Notes under the pieces: model-generated
What the model was told of the DNA's origin: nothing
Database searches by the model: none
The model's input: only the letters and a program-made list of their open reading frames with translations
In this document: positions 38,022-47,252 of the stretch, one piece after another
How positions within the stretch are numbered: position 1 is the stretch's first letter
How the letters are laid out: the number at the start of each line of letters is the position of its first letter
NCBI GenBank assembly: GCA_963675295.2
Contig: CAXXKJ010000002.1
Coordinates: forward strand, 4,192,001-4,256,000
Direction of reading: 5' to 3'
Source of the DNA: a bacterium
GTDB taxonomy: Bacteria; Electryoneota; Electryoneia; Electryoneales; Electryoneaceae
DNA length: 64,000 nt
Program-made: the position numbers and the translations under genes

Positions 38022-39446
38022 ATGCGTGCATCTCCACTATTTGCCCTTGTTCTTTTGCTTCCTTCGTTTGCAACTGCACAGCACTGGTCCGCCCACCGGG
38101 TCACATTCGATTTTGACGGTGCATGGAGCGTTTTCGCCGCCGATATCGACGGTGATTCCGACATGGACGTGATCGGAGCAGCAAACCGCGCGGAAAAAAT
38201 CGCTTGGTGGGAAAACGAAGACGGCACAGGTCTGAGTTGGATCGAACACCCGATTGACGAAGACTTTGACTATGCCGAAGGTCTGTTCGTTGCTGATGTC
38301 GACGGCGACGGCGACATGGATGTGATCGGCGCGGCTGCTCAAGGCGATCTCATTCAGTGGTGGGAAAACTACGAAGGCACGGGACTGGTCTGGATCGAGC
38401 ACACCGTCGATACCCAGTTCGACGGCGCGTTGAGCGTCTACGCGACCGATCTGGACGGTGATGGAGATATTGACATCCTCGGGGCCGCTTTCCACGCCAA
38501 TACAATATCGTGGTGGGAAAACTTGACTGGATCTGGAACGGTTTGGTCCCAACACGAGGTGGATGACAGTTTTCGTGGCGTGACCTGTGTGTGTGCCGGT
38601 GACGTTGATGGCGACGGCGATTTGGATGTATTAGGGTCTGCTAGTGATGCAAACGAAATCGCTTGGTGGGGAAATGAAGACGGAACCGGTACAAGCTGGT
38701 TTAAACACCGCATCGTATCACGATTCATGCACGCGAGAAGTGTCCACTCAGCCGATATCAATTCGGATGGATACCTAGATGTGATTGGCGCTGCCCGCGA
38801 TGCAAATGACATTGTCTGGTGGCAGAATGTTCGTGGTGATGGGCTGCGCTGGAAAGCGAACAAGCTCGACAACAACTTTGTCGACGCAATCAATGTTTAC
38901 GCGGCCGACGTGGATAATGACGGTGACGTGGACATCCTCGGCGCAGCGGCAGAATCGCATAAGATCGCCTGGTGGGAGAATCGCAGTTTTACGTGTCCAT
39001 ACTGGGGTGAAATGACGCTGGATAACACCTTCGAAGGCGCTGTCAGTGTTTATGCCGCCGATGTCGACGGCGATGGTGACACGGACATCCTTGGTGCCGC
39101 GACCTATATCGACCAGATCACTTGGTGGGAAAACCCGCTCATCACCACTCAGGAATCAGTCGCGTATGAACAGACTGAAAGGCTTCCGCTGCTTGTCGGA
39201 AACAGCCCGAACCCGTTCAACGCGATGACGACAGTGACCGTCGCACTGCCGGAAGTATCTGACCTGACCGTGCGTATCGTGAACATCACCGGCCAGCAGG
39301 TGGCGGAGTTGGCACATGGATCGTACCAGTCCGGCGTGCACGAGTTCGCGTTCGACGCGACCGGTTTGGCCAGCGGGATCTACTTCGTCCACGCGACGGT
39401 GCCGGGTCAGCTCGACGCCGTGCAGAAGGTGATGCTGGTCAGGTGA
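38022..39446 (+). CDS. Secreted FG-GAP repeat protein with T9SS-type CTD
   Basis: Seven DxDGDGDxD/WWEN repeats; PNPFN...KVMLVR. Confidence 0.9.
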   Translation: MRASPLFALVLLLPSFATAQHWSAHRVTFDFDGAWSVFAADIDGDSDMDVIGAANRAEKIAWWENEDGTGLSWIEHPIDEDFDYAEGLFVADVDGDGDMDVIGAAAQGDLIQWWENYEGTGLVWIEHTVDTQFDGALSVYATDLDGDGDIDILGAAFHANTISWWENLTGSGTVWSQHEVDDSFRGVTCVCAGDVDGDGDLDVLGSASDANEIAWWGNEDGTGTSWFKHRIVSRFMHARSVHSADINSDGYLDVIGAARDANDIVWWQNVRGDGLRWKANKLDNNFVDAINVYAADVDNDGDVDILGAAAESHKIAWWENRSFTCPYWGEMTLDNTFEGAVSVYAADVDGDGDTDILGAATYIDQITWWENPLITTQESVAYEQTERLPLLVGNSPNPFNAMTTVTVALPEVSDLTVRIVNITGQQVAELAHGSYQSGVHEFAFDATGLASGIYFVHATVPGQLDAVQKVMLVR

Positions 39447-39486
39447 GGCAGTGGTGAGTTGTGTGTGATGAGTTGTGAGTAAAAAG

Positions 39487-39522
39487 AACCGGGGACACTT
39501 GCTCCGTCAAGTGTCCCCGGTT
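39487..39522. repeat. 36-bp REP-like palindrome / bidirectional terminator
   Basis: AACCGGGGACACTTG-CTCCGT-CAAGTGTCCCCGGTT; sister copy at 56741. Confidence 0.75.
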
Positions 39523-39613
39523 TGCTATCTACCACTCCTACGGTCTGCTATCTACAACTCTGGCAATCTCAGTCCGCAGCACTCAGGCCACATCCCGCCG
39601 ACCGCCGCCGTTG

Positions 39614-39655
39614 TCACTGACCACTGACTACTGATCACTGACCACTGACTACTGT
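39614..39655. repeat. Heptamer tandem repeat, six Y(C/T)ACTGA units
   Basis: TCACTGA CCACTGA CTACTGA TCACTGA CCACTGA CTACTGT next to the crotonase stop. Confidence 0.85.
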
Positions 39656-39657
39656 CC

Positions 39658-40434
39658 TTATTTCCCCTTGAAATCGGCCGCGCGCTTGTTGAGGAACGCG
39701 TCGGTACCTTCCTTGGCATCCTCGGTGGCGAAGCACATCCCGAACAGGTCGGCTTCCATGCGCATCGATTCTGTGTAGGCCATGCCCATGCCACGGTAGG
39801 CTGCGTCCTTGGCGAACTTCATCGCCACCGGTCCGACCGCTGCGATCTTGTTCGCGACCTTTTTCGCTTCGTCCATCAGATCGTCCGGGGTGACCACACG
39901 GTTGACCAGGCCGAGCCGGTACGCTTCTTCCGCGGAGATCATGTCACCGGTGAGGAGGTAGTACAACGCCGGGCCGAGGCCGACGAGTTTCGGCAGCCGC
40001 TGTGTGCCACCGAAGCCCGGGATCAGGCCGAGCTTGACTTCCGGCTGGCCGAAGACGGCTTTGTCTGAGGCGATGCGCAACGTGCACGCCATCGAGATCT
40101 CGCAGCCGCCGCCGAGCGCGTATCCGTTGACCGCCGCGATGACCGGCTTGTTCAGGCTCTCGATCCGGGTCATCAGGTGCTGGCCGGCACGCGCGTATTC
40201 GACCGCGCCAAGCGCATCGAGCTGGTTCAGTTCGCCGATGTCTGCGCCAGCGACAAACATCTTGCCCGCGCCGGTGAGAATCACGGCTTTGACGAGGTCA
40301 TTCTTCTTCACCTCGGCGAACGCCTTGTCCAGTTCCTTCACCACCTGCACCGCGAGGGTGTTCGCCTTCGGGTTGTCGATGGTGATGGTTGCGATCGCAC
40401 CGTCCACGTCGATATGCAGTTTTTCGTAGGCCAT
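39658..40434 (-). CDS. crt: Enoyl-CoA hydratase (crotonase)
   Basis: FVAGADI, AAVNGYALGGGCE, GQPEVKLGLIPGFGGTQRL. Confidence 0.92.
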   Translation of the reverse strand: MAYEKLHIDVDGAIATITIDNPKANTLAVQVVKELDKAFAEVKKNDLVKAVILTGAGKMFVAGADIGELNQLDALGAVEYARAGQHLMTRIESLNKPVIAAVNGYALGGGCEISMACTLRIASDKAVFGQPEVKLGLIPGFGGTQRLPKLVGLGPALYYLLTGDMISAEEAYRLGLVNRVVTPDDLMDEAKKVANKIAAVGPVAMKFAKDAAYRGMGMAYTESMRMEADLFGMCFATEDAKEGTDAFLNKRAADFKGK

Positions 40435-40557
40435 GTCTCTACTCCCCCTCTCGCTATGTGATGTTCGGATATGGCAGGACTTGAATATCGGGAGCGGAAC
40501 CGCCGCTCGCCACTCGCACGGCTCACGAAGATTTCTCAACCACGGAAAGGACTCGCA

Positions 40558-40936
40558 ACCACGGAATACACGGAATACTCGGAAAAACAACAGAACGTCC
40601 ACGAAAAACACGAAAGAAAAACGAAAGAAATATTAAATGATTAATGATAAAGATTAAAAGCAAGTACCTTATAGATTTACCCTGTACAATCATATATAAC
40701 ATATTAAAATATATTTCTGAATCATTTTTCATCTCTTGTCTCTTATTCCTCATCCCTTGTCTTTTATCTTTTATCTTTTATCTTTTATCTAATTTATATC
40801 CTTGCTATTAATTTAAAATATATCTTCTCTTTTTCTTTTAGCCAATAAGTATTTCTTTCATCTTTTTTTTGCTCTTTTCGCGCTTTTCGCGGTCATCCGT
40901 TGTCTTTTCTTCCGTTTATTCCGTGTATTCCGTGGT
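40558..40936. repeat. Long imperfect inverted repeat enclosing an AT-rich insert
   Basis: Arms 40558-40633 and 40850-40936 begin ACCACGGAATACACGGAATA; internal TCTTTTA x4. Confidence 0.85.
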
Positions 40937-42122
40937 CGAGAGCGGTTTTGATTTCCGTCCGTACGTCAGCATCAGTCTCGTGGTGGTATGCCTGGTCCAG
41001 CCCCTCCCGCGCGGCCCGGAACTCGCTGAGCTGCCCCAGCGCCCAGGCTGCGTGCGCACGGATCAGGGGTTCCGGTTCCGTTTCCATCACTTGTTTCAGC
41101 GCCGGAATGGCTTCATCACTGCCCCAGTTGCCCAGGGCGACGGCGACATTTCTCAGCAGTCCACCCCGCTTGGTACGTTTGACCGGCGACCCTTTGAACA
41201 TCTCGCGGAACTGTTCGTCGTTCAGCGCGATCAGCTCGAGCAATTTTGGCGCGCCCCAGTCGGGAATGCGAGGTTCGAACCACGGTTCACGGGTTGGCAG
41301 CAGGCCGCGTGTATTGTAGGGGCACGCTTGCTGGCAGATATCGCAGCCGAAAACCCAATTTCTCAACTCGGAGCGTAAATTGCGGGGGAGGATACCGCGG
41401 TGTTCGATTGTGAGGTAGCTGATACAACGGTTTGCGCGGTTCAGGTACGGTGTATCCAGCGCCCCGGTCGGGCATGAATTGCCGCAGGAGTGACAATCGC
41501 GGCAGCCGAACAGTGGTTCACGTGCCGGATCGGGTGGCAGCTCGAGGTCGAGCAGCAGTTCACCGAGCAGGAAGTACGATCCGTGCTTCCAGTGGATCAG
41601 CAGGGTGTGCTTGCCGATGAACCCGGCCCCGCCGGCGGCGGCGAGCGGACGTTCGAGGATCGGCCCGGTGTCAACGTAGGCACGTGAGTTGACCACACGG
41701 CCCGCGAGGTAGTCGATCGCCTTGCCGAGCGCTTTCAGGCGTGGCAGAATGAGGTCGTGGTAGTCGTAGCCCCAGGCGTAACTGGCAAATCGCCCCCGGG
41801 ATGGGTCAGACGCGTCGGGTGCGTCCATTGGACGCGGCTGATGGTAGGACATACCAACACTGAGCACCGACTTTCCGGACGGCCACTGCACCCGGGGGTC
41901 CATGCGACGGTCGGGGTGTTTCGCCAGCCACGACATGGTACCGTGGTAGTCGTTGGCGATCCACTCGGGGAACGTGTCGGCGTGTGGAGGCGGTTCGTAC
42001 GGCGCGACGCTGGAAAAATCAAACCCGAGGTGCCTCGCGGCCTGCTTGATCAGCTCGGCAAGCTCGGACGGGTTCTGTGACAGAGAAGATGTGGATGAAG
42101 CTGGCTGCGTGGCGTCAGGCAC
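40893..42122 (-). CDS. queG: Epoxyqueuosine reductase
   Basis: DYH, VDTGPILER, two 4Fe-4S Cys clusters (CRDCHSCGNSCPTGA; GCDICQQACPYN), HEAT tail. Confidence 0.95.
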   Translation of the reverse strand: MPDATQPASSTSSLSQNPSELAELIKQAARHLGFDFSSVAPYEPPPHADTFPEWIANDYHGTMSWLAKHPDRRMDPRVQWPSGKSVLSVGMSYHQPRPMDAPDASDPSRGRFASYAWGYDYHDLILPRLKALGKAIDYLAGRVVNSRAYVDTGPILERPLAAAGGAGFIGKHTLLIHWKHGSYFLLGELLLDLELPPDPAREPLFGCRDCHSCGNSCPTGALDTPYLNRANRCISYLTIEHRGILPRNLRSELRNWVFGCDICQQACPYNTRGLLPTREPWFEPRIPDWGAPKLLELIALNDEQFREMFKGSPVKRTKRGGLLRNVAVALGNWGSDEAIPALKQVMETEPEPLIRAHAAWALGQLSEFRAAREGLDQAYHHETDADVRTEIKTALDHGIHGINGRKDNG

Positions 42123-42135
42123 GAGAGCGTCCGTC

Positions 42136-42609
42136 TCAGGTTGACGCTGCCGGCGAGTCGATCACCTGGCCGATGGTTGGCCGCAGTGAGGCGCTGGCTT
42201 TGGCGAACCGGTTGACGAAGCGTACGACGAACATGCCGACGAACAGACCAGCGAGTCCACCGGCGACGCCGCCCTGCATGTCCTGGCCGGACGCATTAGT
42301 GCCGACGATGATCCCGAGGGTCAACATGATCACCGGAATGCCGAACACAAGCAGTGCGGCAACGATGCGTGGCGCTTCATCGCGTTTCAGCTCGACCAGG
42401 TCGCCAATCTTGACACTCTGACCGGCCAATGTCGCTTCGATGATCGGTGCCGGTTTTTCGTCGGGAAAGCAGACTGTGCTCGACCCGCAACTGCTGCAGG
42501 CGCTGTGCTTATGCGGTTGGACACGAGCGATAGTGTCCGTAACTTCAACGACCACGCCCATTTCAACGGGCGGTTCGGTAGGCTGTTCAGATTTATGGTA
42601 GACGATCAC
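42136..42609 (-). CDS. RseC/MucC family protein
   Basis: CSSC...C motif, two C-terminal TM helices. Confidence 0.8.
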   Translation of the reverse strand: MIVYHKSEQPTEPPVEMGVVVEVTDTIARVQPHKHSACSSCGSSTVCFPDEKPAPIIEATLAGQSVKIGDLVELKRDEAPRIVAALLVFGIPVIMLTLGIIVGTNASGQDMQGGVAGGLAGLFVGMFVVRFVNRFAKASASLRPTIGQVIDSPAAST

Positions 42610-42978
42610 AAGAGCTGCCGAATGTGGTTGAACTCAACAAATGGTATGGTAATCTACATAATTTCACATCTGAGGAGAGCACTCTCGGAATCTCTCCAAG
42701 TCCTCTCTATGACCTCTGAAGACAATGATAACAACATACTACGAGAGCATTTTGTGAGACCGTTGAAAACCGGTCAAGATGGCGACAACGCTCACTTTTA
42801 GGGACTCTTTGGTTCTTTCGAGATCCAGAAATCGGTAACAGGTTCTTGTATTCTTCGGAATTTTTCAGTAAGGTACGGTCATCTGAGATGACATTGCCAG
42901 CCCGATGAGTCTTGCGGGTCCTGGCTCCGCGTAACCTTAGTCCTTTTCATTAGTTACACTACGGTTCGGAGCGAAACG

Positions 42979-44160
42979 TTGCGGCGGATTTCTCTCGACG
43001 AGTTGAAACCCGGAATGGTATTGGGCAGGTCGATTTACTCCGGCCTGAACGCTATCCTTCTCGCTGCCGGCCAAACCCTCGATGACCGTTACATCACCCT
43101 TCTGCATAAGCACGGATTCGGCTACATTTACGTCGAAGAGAACGGGTTCGAAGACGTTAACCCGCAGGATGTTCTCTCGGATGTTTCCCGCCGGATTGCG
43201 GAAGCGACGGTTCGTGACAGCTTCGACCAGCTCCGTGACGTGGTCCGTCTCGAATCGGAAGCTGGCAAGATCACGCGTGAATTCCTCGAAGAACACGCCG
43301 ACATCCTGAACGTGCCACAGATCGACGAAATGTCGATGGCGGTGTCGACGATCATCCGTGACATCGTCAACCGCAGCGTCGGCCTGGTGGATGTGTTCGC
43401 GCAGGTGACCGGCGGAACGTACATGTACCGCCACGCGGTTAACGTTGTCTCGTTGTCGGTGTTGCTCGCGCGGCAGTTTGGCTATACCAACCGTCAGCTG
43501 CGCGAACTGGGCATGGCGGCGTTGCTGCACGAGGTCGGCAAGATCACTCTCGGCGACGATTACCTCATTCCCGAACACATGATCCCGGACGACGAAGCCG
43601 ATTTCTACCGTGAGTATCCAACGTACGGCTTCATTCTGATGCACAATACCAACCCGGCGTTGAAGGCGGAGCGACTGGCGATCCTGCATCACCGTGAATG
43701 GCAGGATGGCGGCGGATGGCCGCAGGGGTTGCACGGCGACAATCAGCCGCCGACCCGTATCGACAGCCATGAGCAGGGCCTGATTCACCGCTACGCCGAA
43801 ATCATCGCCGTCGCCAGCGCGTACGACAACCTCGTCAACGGCACCGGCGAACTTCCGCAACGGTTGCAGCCGGCGGACGCGCTCGCGTTGATCATGGCGC
43901 TGAGCCGCAAATGTTTCAACCAGGCGGTGTGCCAGGTGTTCAGCCGGATTGTCTGCCTATACCCCACCGGCGCGATGGTGCAGATTCAGGAGAGCTCATC
44001 GTTCGGATTTGAAGGCTATTACGGTGTGGTGAAAGATCAGAGCCACGACCCGGCGCGGCCGGTGTTGATCCTGTATGCGGATCCCCGCGGACGGCGTGTC
44101 CGTCCCAAGACCCTCGATTTCTCGCATGATCCCGATCTGCGGCTGCGGATCATGTCCTGA
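42979..44160 (+). CDS. HD-GYP domain protein, degenerate
   Basis: LKPGMVLGR N-domain; LLHEVGK, HHREWQDGGGWPQGL, VASAYDNL. Confidence 0.85.
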   Translation: MRRISLDELKPGMVLGRSIYSGLNAILLAAGQTLDDRYITLLHKHGFGYIYVEENGFEDVNPQDVLSDVSRRIAEATVRDSFDQLRDVVRLESEAGKITREFLEEHADILNVPQIDEMSMAVSTIIRDIVNRSVGLVDVFAQVTGGTYMYRHAVNVVSLSVLLARQFGYTNRQLRELGMAALLHEVGKITLGDDYLIPEHMIPDDEADFYREYPTYGFILMHNTNPALKAERLAILHHREWQDGGGWPQGLHGDNQPPTRIDSHEQGLIHRYAEIIAVASAYDNLVNGTGELPQRLQPADALALIMALSRKCFNQAVCQVFSRIVCLYPTGAMVQIQESSSFGFEGYYGVVKDQSHDPARPVLILYADPRGRRVRPKTLDFSHDPDLRLRIMS

Positions 44161-44168
44161 GACGTGTC

Positions 44169-46964
44169 CTACTCTGCTGGTGAGTTCACTGTGACGGCTG
44201 GGAAGTAGACGGAATAGACCGATCCCTTACCGGGTGCGCTCTGGACGTGAACCTGCCCATTGTTCTGCTTGATATGGCTGTAGACAGATGCCATGCCAAG
44301 CCCCGAACCGTGGGAATCGTCCGGTTTCTGGTAGAATGGTTCGAACACGTGCGCCAGATTGTCCTCCGACATCCCGACTCCTGTATCCTCGACCTCGAAG
44401 CAGACATACTCCCGACCGTCCAGATTGAACGGCGCATCCACCGGATCCACCGCCGGTTTCAGCACACGGGTGCGCAGCGTAATTGAGCCGTGGCCGTTTG
44501 CCATTGAATCGCGCGACTGGATCAGCAGGTTGATGATCATCTGCTCTATCTGGTTCGGATCAGCGTCAATCGCCGTGCTATCCCCGGTCATATCGATTTG
44601 CAGCTTGATTTCGGTTCCAACGAGGCGCTGTAACGTTTTCTCGAGATAGTGGAACAGATCGTTCAGCTCCATCTGCTTCGGCTCATGCTCGCCTTCACGG
44701 CTCAAGTCAAACAACTGATGCGTGAGATCGACCGCGGACTGCGTGGTCGCCTGGATGGTGTCCAGATCCTGCTGGAGAATATCGTCCGGCTTCAGTTTGG
44801 CGCGTGTGCGTTCGATCTGCCCGGCAATGGTTTCGATCATGCGTTCGAAGTCGTGAGCAATCCCACCAGCCATCCGTCCGATGGAGTCCTGACGCTGCAT
44901 CTGCTGTACACGGCGAACCAGCTTGCGCTGCATGGTCACGTCCCGGATAAACCCCAGCACGGCTGGTTTTCCATCCCACTCGATCATGCTGCTGGTCAGC
45001 TGCAGGGACAAGGTTTTTCCGCTGCGATGCAGTCCGGTAAAATCGAGAATGTTGTCGGTGTCTTCGCCCCGTGAAATGGCACGAATCCGCTTCACGACAT
45101 GGTCTCTGTCCGGCGGCGCGATCAGCTTCATCTCGTCAAAATCTTCCGAGATCAGTTCCTCGTGCGAATAGCCGAACAGGTGCGTAAAGCTGGGACTGAC
45201 CAGCACAAATCCCGTCGCGGTACGCACATAAACTGCATCCACCGACTGTTCGAACAAGTGCTTGAAACGTGCCTGCATGCGATCGATTTCAGCTTGCGCA
45301 CGCTTTCGATCCGTGATATCGACAGCGTTGACCACGGTTTGCGGATTTCCCTCCGGACCGGTGGCCAGGAAGATGCTGGCAAGGATGGTGCTAACGGTTC
45401 CATCCGAGGCGACAACATCGATTTCGTACTGCTTCGGCACATCTTCCCCACGCCGGCGGGCTTTGTACCGTTCTGCGATCATCTCCCGCTGTGCGTCGGT
45501 CAGGAACTCCCTGAAATCGGATCCGATCACATTCCGGTAGGCGCGCTTCAGGATCTGGCAAAAGCCCTGGCTGGCGAACGCGATGCAGAATTTTTCATCA
45601 ACCACCATCACCACGGACAGAGGGTTTTCGACAATCATCCGGTATCGCTGTTCGCTCTGCGCCAGCTTGATCTCCGCGCGCATGCGCTGTGAAATGTCGA
45701 TCAGCGCGGCTCGAATCTGCGTTTCCCCTTCCGGCGTTTCCCGTGTCGCGGATTCGAAGCGGACAAACTTGCGGTCCTTGCTCTCCTGCTTCAGCTCGAC
45801 CTCGCAGGAGGCCGATCGCTGGTTCTGAATGACGGTCTGGAAGTGATCCGCGAGCGTCGTCATGTGCCGGCTGACAACCTGTTGCAGCAGCGACCGCCGC
45901 ATCAACGAATCATAGTCGATGCCCAGGATCGCGCATGCTGTCTGATTCGCGCGAAGCACCACCCCTCGTTCGGAGATCGTCAGGTACCCTACCGGCGCAT
46001 GTTCGTACAGGTCGGTGTATCGTACCAGGGAGCGGTTGATTCGTTCTTCGGCCTGCTGCAACTCGGAGTTCTGCTTCTCCAGCTCGGTCTTGACCTGCTG
46101 CAGTTCACCCAGCAGCAACCGGATCGCCTGCTCTGACTCTTTGCGTTCGGTAATGTCTGAGGTGATGATGACGCCGGCAATCACGTTCCCCACCTCATCA
46201 CGCACCGCCTCCGCATGTGCCAGCACCCAGTTCTGCTTGCCATCGGGTTGTTCGATGATCACTTCTTCGTTTTGTACGGATTGTCCGGTTTGCATCGCCC
46301 GGAACAGTGGGTAGCTATCGTCGGTGTGCTGGCTCCCATCCGGCTGCAGGAAACGGCAGCGGCTGGCGAACTTATGCACCGGCTGGCCGACCGGATCTTC
46401 GTCAATATCATGCCCGCGCAGCCGGATCGCAGCCTTGTTGGCACTACGGATGATCAGATCGGGATAGTCGACGATCATGATTCCGGCGGGACTCTGTGCG
46501 ATCGCGGCGTTCAGAAACGCCTGCAGCTTCTCCCGTTGACGATCCGCCTCCTTGCGCTGGCTGATGTCCGTCATCGACAACACGATGGCTGGCGGATCTG
46601 TATCCGGAACGACAGAGGGATTGCATTCCACCCACAGCCACGTTTCGTCCTTTTGCCGCAGGCGTAGATCGATCATCGACTTGTCACTTGTACTGCGGAG
46701 CAGCCGTGTACACATGTCATCGATCTGTTCTGTGTCGTCCGGATGGAACAGGTCGAAGAGGCTGATGCCAGTCAACTCCCCGGGATCCTGCTTTGTGAAG
46801 TTGTAGGTAGCGGGATTGGCGTAGTGAACCTTCTTGTCGCGGAGATAGAGCACGGCGGACGCTGTATGTTCAAGTAGAATCTCGAATACTCTGGCGAGAT
46901 TCTCGGAACGCGGTCCGGGACTGGAAGGATCAGCGTTGCCTTCGGGTTTCGGTATGTTGTCCAT
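44169..46964 (-). CDS. Multi-PAS cytoplasmic histidine kinase
   Basis: Five PAS/PAC (DIS/DIT.RK) units; GGIAHDF, DTGVGM, FEPFY, GSGLG; no receiver domain. Confidence 0.9.
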   Translation of the reverse strand: MDNIPKPEGNADPSSPGPRSENLARVFEILLEHTASAVLYLRDKKVHYANPATYNFTKQDPGELTGISLFDLFHPDDTEQIDDMCTRLLRSTSDKSMIDLRLRQKDETWLWVECNPSVVPDTDPPAIVLSMTDISQRKEADRQREKLQAFLNAAIAQSPAGIMIVDYPDLIIRSANKAAIRLRGHDIDEDPVGQPVHKFASRCRFLQPDGSQHTDDSYPLFRAMQTGQSVQNEEVIIEQPDGKQNWVLAHAEAVRDEVGNVIAGVIITSDITERKESEQAIRLLLGELQQVKTELEKQNSELQQAEERINRSLVRYTDLYEHAPVGYLTISERGVVLRANQTACAILGIDYDSLMRRSLLQQVVSRHMTTLADHFQTVIQNQRSASCEVELKQESKDRKFVRFESATRETPEGETQIRAALIDISQRMRAEIKLAQSEQRYRMIVENPLSVVMVVDEKFCIAFASQGFCQILKRAYRNVIGSDFREFLTDAQREMIAERYKARRRGEDVPKQYEIDVVASDGTVSTILASIFLATGPEGNPQTVVNAVDITDRKRAQAEIDRMQARFKHLFEQSVDAVYVRTATGFVLVSPSFTHLFGYSHEELISEDFDEMKLIAPPDRDHVVKRIRAISRGEDTDNILDFTGLHRSGKTLSLQLTSSMIEWDGKPAVLGFIRDVTMQRKLVRRVQQMQRQDSIGRMAGGIAHDFERMIETIAGQIERTRAKLKPDDILQQDLDTIQATTQSAVDLTHQLFDLSREGEHEPKQMELNDLFHYLEKTLQRLVGTEIKLQIDMTGDSTAIDADPNQIEQMIINLLIQSRDSMANGHGSITLRTRVLKPAVDPVDAPFNLDGREYVCFEVEDTGVGMSEDNLAHVFEPFYQKPDDSHGSGLGMASVYSHIKQNNGQVHVQSAPGKGSVYSVYFPAVTVNSPAE

Positions 46965-47252
46965 GTTCGCAGTGTCGTCCGAATATCCGGAAAATGCGAG
47001 ACTCGTACTTCTATTCCATTTGCGCACTAATAAAAGTAATAACACAAGAGGCCGTGGAACAAGAAAAACCGCAATCTTGAGGAAGGAAATCGGGTCTCCG
47101 AGACAGTCTGCCCGAACGGCATGATGTTCGGGTTGGGTTTTGTTTTCCCCGATTGCGTCTTAGATTAATAGATTAAACAAAGCCACGTGGGTCCGCCTTA
47201 CTACTACACAATGACGGTTCACTTTGCTGCCTCACCATTCAGGAGTTCGACC

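Noticed and set aside
37717-39446. Diversity-generating retroelement TR/VR pair
   Set aside because: Mismatches are not adenine-specific (T/G, G/C, T/C present), both copies are coding CTDs, and there is no reverse transcriptase in the window.
40523-40753. 76-aa ORF inside the AT-rich insert
   Set aside because: Low-complexity translation of repeat arms; no resemblance to GxxExxY or four-helix-bundle proteins.
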